A program made the translations under genes and the position numbers. A stretch of DNA of 64,000 nucleotides from Candidatus Zhuqueibacterota bacterium (GTDB lineage Bacteria; Zhuqueibacterota; Zhuqueibacteria; Thermofontimicrobiales; Thermofontimicrobiaceae): assembly GCA_049322915.1 (NCBI GenBank), contig JBMOPW010000002.1:64001-128000 (forward strand), written 5' to 3'. This document shows positions 61,105-64,000 of the stretch, piece after piece (position 1 is the stretch's first letter; every line of letters starts with the position of its first letter). The notes under the pieces are model-generated. The model did not search any database, had not been told where the DNA came from, and saw nothing but the letters and a program-made list of their open reading frames with translations.

Positions 61105-64000
61105 TATTTGTAATCTTCCAGAAACGCTGCGACTGTTTTGGTATAAGGATGCCCCTCGCCGAGCCTCGCGAGAAGTGTGGCGTGCGCCTGACGCCATAAC
61201 GACACGGCGCGCTCCGCGTCTCCCAGGTCTCGATAGACCGTAGCCAGATTGGACTGGTCAACGGCCACGGTGGGATGTCCCTCGCCGAAATGTTTTATAG
61301 CCGCGTCCAGCGCGGCCTCGAGCAGGTCTCTGGCTCGCTCGTAATCGCCCAGGTCTTGACAGACCAGGGCCAGATTGGACTGGCGAGTGGCCACGGTGGG
61401 ATGCCCCTCGCCGAAATGTTTGATAGCCGCGTCCAGCGCGGCCTCGAGCAGGTCTCTGGCTCGCTCATACTCACCCAGGGCTTGATAGACCAGGGCCAGA
61501 TTGGACTGGGCAATGGCCACGGTGGGATGTCCCTCGCCGAAATGTTTGATATCCGCGGCCAGCGCGGCCTCGAGCAGGTCTCTGGCTCGCTCGTACTCGC
61601 CCAGGTCTTTACAGACCAGGGCCAGATTGGACTGGCGAGTGGCCACGGTGGGATGCCCCTCGCCGAAATGTTTGATAGCCGCGTCCAGCGCGGCCTCGAG
61701 CAGGTCTCTGGCTCGCTCCGCATTTCCCAGGTCTTTATAGACCGTAGCCAGATTGGACTGGTCAACGGCCACGGTGGGATGTCCCTCGCCGAAATGTTTT
61801 ATAGCCGCGTCCAGCGCGGCCTCGAGCAGGTCTCTGGCTCGCTCGTACTCGCCCAGGTCTTTACAGACCAGGGCCAGATTGGACTGGCTAGTGGCCACGT
61901 TGGGATGTCCCTCGCCGAAATGTTTTATATTCGCGGCCAGCGCGGCCTCGAGCAGGTCTCTGGCTCGCTCCGCATTTCCCAGGTCTTTATAGACCGTAGC
62001 CAGATTGGACTGGTCAACGGCCACGGTGGGATGTCCCTCGCCGAAATGTTTGATATCCGCGGCCAGCGCGGCCTCGAGCAGGTCTCTGGCTCGCTCGTAC
62101 TCGCCCAGGTCTTTACAGACCAGGGCCAGATTGGACTGGCTAGTGGCCACGTTGGGATGTCCCTCGCCGAAATGTTTTATATTCGCGGCCAGCGCGGCCT
62201 CGAGCAGGTCTCTGGCTCGCCCGTAATCGCCCAGGTCTTGACAGACCAGCGCCAGATTGGACTGGTGAGTGGCCACAGTGGGATGCTCCTTGCCGAAATG
62301 TTTGATATCCGCGGCCAGCGCGGCCTCGAGCAGGTCTCTGGCTCGCTCGTACTCGCCCAGGTCTTGACAGACCGCAGCCAGAATGGACTGGTCAATGGCC
62401 ACGTTGGGATGTCCATCGCCGAAATGTTTAATATCCGCGGCCAGCGCGGCCTCGAGCAGGTCTCTGGCTTGCCCGTAATCGCCCAGGTCTTGACAGACCA
62501 GAGCCAGATTGGACTGACGAGTGGCCACGGTGGGATGGTCCTCGCCGAAATGTTTTAAATCCGCGGCCAGCGCGGCCTCGAGCAGGTCTCTGGCTCGCCC
62601 GTACTCGCCCAGGTCTTTACAGACCAGCGCCAGATTGGACTGACATTTGGCTACGGTGGGATGTCCCTGGCCGAAATGCTTTATATTCGCAGCCAGCGCG
62701 GCCTCGAGCAGGTCTCTGGCTCGCCCGTAATCGCCCAATTCTTTATAGACCAGAGCCAGATTGTTTTTGAGTTTGGCTAGTTCATTCGGGAATCGCTCCC
62801 CAGCCCGGTCCACAATGGCTCGGCCCGGGGGTATGTATTGAAATTTTTCGACCGGGTTATCTTTTGTCCGGTCAATTGCCAGTAAGCCGGAAACGCTCTC
62901 GCAGAGGGACGCAATATCGTCCCAGGCGACCGTCACCTGGGGCGCCAGGGCCTCGGCCAGGACCGGGTGCATTTTATAACTGTCCTGCGCCGCGTCGTAC
63001 TGGACCAGGCCGCGCTCGTGCAGGTTCACCGCAGTCGCGGCGAATTCGTCCCGCCAATCCAGTTTATCCGCCTGCGCCAGTTTTACCAGCGTCCCATAGT
63101 CCAGCCATTCATTGGGCAGAAACAGGAACTGTTTGAGCAGATGCAATTCCTGCGGCGAGCAGCCGGCCAGGTTGCAAATGGATACGAGATAGGATTTGAC
63201 CCGCTCTATTTTCTGATACTGGCTGTGCCGCGTCTCAATATCGGTCCTGGCGTCCTGCGGCAGGGCGTCCATGACGCGGTCGTAGCTCCATCGGAATTTT
63301 TGCGCGGATCTGGCCAGGATTTCAATGGTCAGGGTGTGGTATTCCACCCGCTTCACAATGGCCCGCACGTCCGCGTCGCTGAAGCGATGGGCGTGCCGGG
63401 TGAAGAGCCGGCAGGCTTCGTCCTCCGGCAGGAAATCCAGAGGGATCGTGTGGAACGGGGCAATGGCATTGCGGGACGTTGCCAGCACGTGGCAGCCGGG
63501 CGCTTTGGGCAGCGCGTCAAAATGCCGGGCCAGATTGGGCGCGGCGTTATCCAGCACCAGCAGCAGGGGTCTGCGGCTTTGCAGAGTGCGCAGCGCGTTC
63601 AGGCAGGCGCTGAACTGATGCTCCGGCGGAATGTCCAGCAGGCGCAGATTGGTCAGCAGTTCGTAATTGGCAGCAATGGCCTGTTCCAGGTCCGTCTCCA
63701 CTGTCAGCCAGGCGATGTGATCGTAATCGCCGTAGAAAGCGTCGACGTAGACCATGGCCAGGGTGGTCTTGCCAATGCCGCCCATGCCGTTCACCAGCAC
63801 GGTCTGTTGGTGGTTCAGCAGCGCGGTTCGCAGGGCAGCCAAATCAGCCTCGCGCCCGACAATATCCTGTCGCGGCATGCGCGGCACCCGGGTCAGTTCT
63901 TTGGGGATGGCTGCCGGCCCGGGATGGAAGCGGGAGAGGATATTCAGAATGGCGTCCAGCTTGTCCGTGTTGCGGAAAATCTGTTCGCGGTAATTCTCCT
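61104..64000 (-). CDS. NLR-like STAND protein: NB-ARC domain + 13 TPRs; 5' end lies outside the window
   Basis: VGRE, Walker A GMGGIGKT, Walker B LLVLDN, ATSR and MHP motifs; the frame stays open from 63887 to the window edge (ENYREQIFRNTDKLDAIL...). Confidence 0.92.
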   Translation of the reverse strand, partial: ENYREQIFRNTDKLDAILNILSRFHPGPAAIPKELTRVPRMPRQDIVGREADLAALRTALLNHQQTVLVNGMGGIGKTTLAMVYVDAFYGDYDHIAWLTVETDLEQAIAANYELLTNLRLLDIPPEHQFSACLNALRTLQSRRPLLLVLDNAAPNLARHFDALPKAPGCHVLATSRNAIAPFHTIPLDFLPEDEACRLFTRHAHRFSDADVRAIVKRVEYHTLTIEILARSAQKFRWSYDRVMDALPQDARTDIETRHSQYQKIERVKSYLVSICNLAGCSPQELHLLKQFLFLPNEWLDYGTLVKLAQADKLDWRDEFAATAVNLHERGLVQYDAAQDSYKMHPVLAEALAPQVTVAWDDIASLCESVSGLLAIDRTKDNPVEKFQYIPPGRAIVDRAGERFPNELAKLKNNLALVYKELGDYGRARDLLEAALAANIKHFGQGHPTVAKCQSNLALVCKDLGEYGRARDLLEAALAADLKHFGEDHPTVATRQSNLALVCQDLGDYGQARDLLEAALAADIKHFGDGHPNVAIDQSILAAVCQDLGEYERARDLLEAALAADIKHFGKEHPTVATHQSNLALVCQDLGDYGRARDLLEAALAANIKHFGEGHPNVATSQSNLALVCKDLGEYERARDLLEAALAADIKHFGEGHPTVAVDQSNLATVYKDLGNAERARDLLEAALAANIKHFGEGHPNVATSQSNLALVCKDLGEYERARDLLEAALDAAIKHFGEGHPTVAVDQSNLATVYKDLGNAERARDLLEAALDAAIKHFGEGHPTVATRQSNLALVCKDLGEYERARDLLEAALAADIKHFGEGHPTVAIAQSNLALVYQALGEYERARDLLEAALDAAIKHFGEGHPTVATRQSNLALVCQDLGDYERARDLLEAALDAAIKHFGEGHPTVAVDQSNLATVYRDLGDAERAVSLWRQAHATLLARLGEGHPYTKTVAAFLEDYK
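61200..62770 (-). repeat. Intragenic tandem repeat, 126-bp unit (42-aa TPR), 13 copies
   Basis: Near-identical units QSNLALVxxDLGxYxRARDLLEAALxAxIKHFGEGHPxVA. Confidence 0.95.

Noticed and set aside
61275..62558. 427-aa plus-strand ORF
   Set aside because: It is the antisense shadow of the TPR repeats; a stop-free repeat unit propagates the open frame.
63885..63887. GTG as the start of the NB-ARC/TPR gene
   Set aside because: The frame stays open to the window edge, so the real start is probably beyond 64000.
40120..64000. Diversity-generating retroelement behind either hypervariable repeat gene
   Set aside because: There is no reverse transcriptase or separate template repeat in the window. 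The differences include indels and are not clearly adenine-specific. A trans-acting DGR elsewhere cannot be excluded.

Overview
Bacterial chromosomal window, apparently from an FCB-superphylum lineage (inference from NYPNPFN T9SS-type sorting domains; a KSB1/Calditrichota-like organism is plausible but cannot be proven here). It holds about 49 protein-coding genes. Main blocks: a minus-strand catabolic run (SGNH hydrolase, Fe-ADH, ABM, aldo/keto reductase, Zn-ADH, M20 deacylase, GH13 glucosidase, class III aminotransferase), ddl, a DUF362 protein, an M16 peptidase, copA, a Crp/Fnr regulator with an Fe-S protein, an ABC peptide-binding protein, a GAF/HD-GYP protein, two Hsp20s with a J-domain protein, an acyl-CoA degradation cluster, MocA-like/xdhC, a C5-epimerase/flippase/B12-radical-SAM cluster, and dinB. 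I found no rRNA, tRNA, CRISPR array, transposase, integrase or reverse transcriptase. The most interesting items are: (1) an NB-ARC + 13x42-aa TPR NLR-like gene (cut by the window end) whose near-identical 126-bp repeats vary at a few fixed positions, convergent with a tail-anchored metacaspase; (2) an AT-rich, apparently inserted secreted protein with 13 near-identical ~162-bp repeats carrying two independently shuffled hypervariable loops, followed by a 157-bp palindrome; (3) several families of non-autonomous miniature elements, including a nested Russian-doll stack at 58.3-59.1 kb and one element containing two hairpins with complementary loops. All family assignments come from motif recognition, not database searches.
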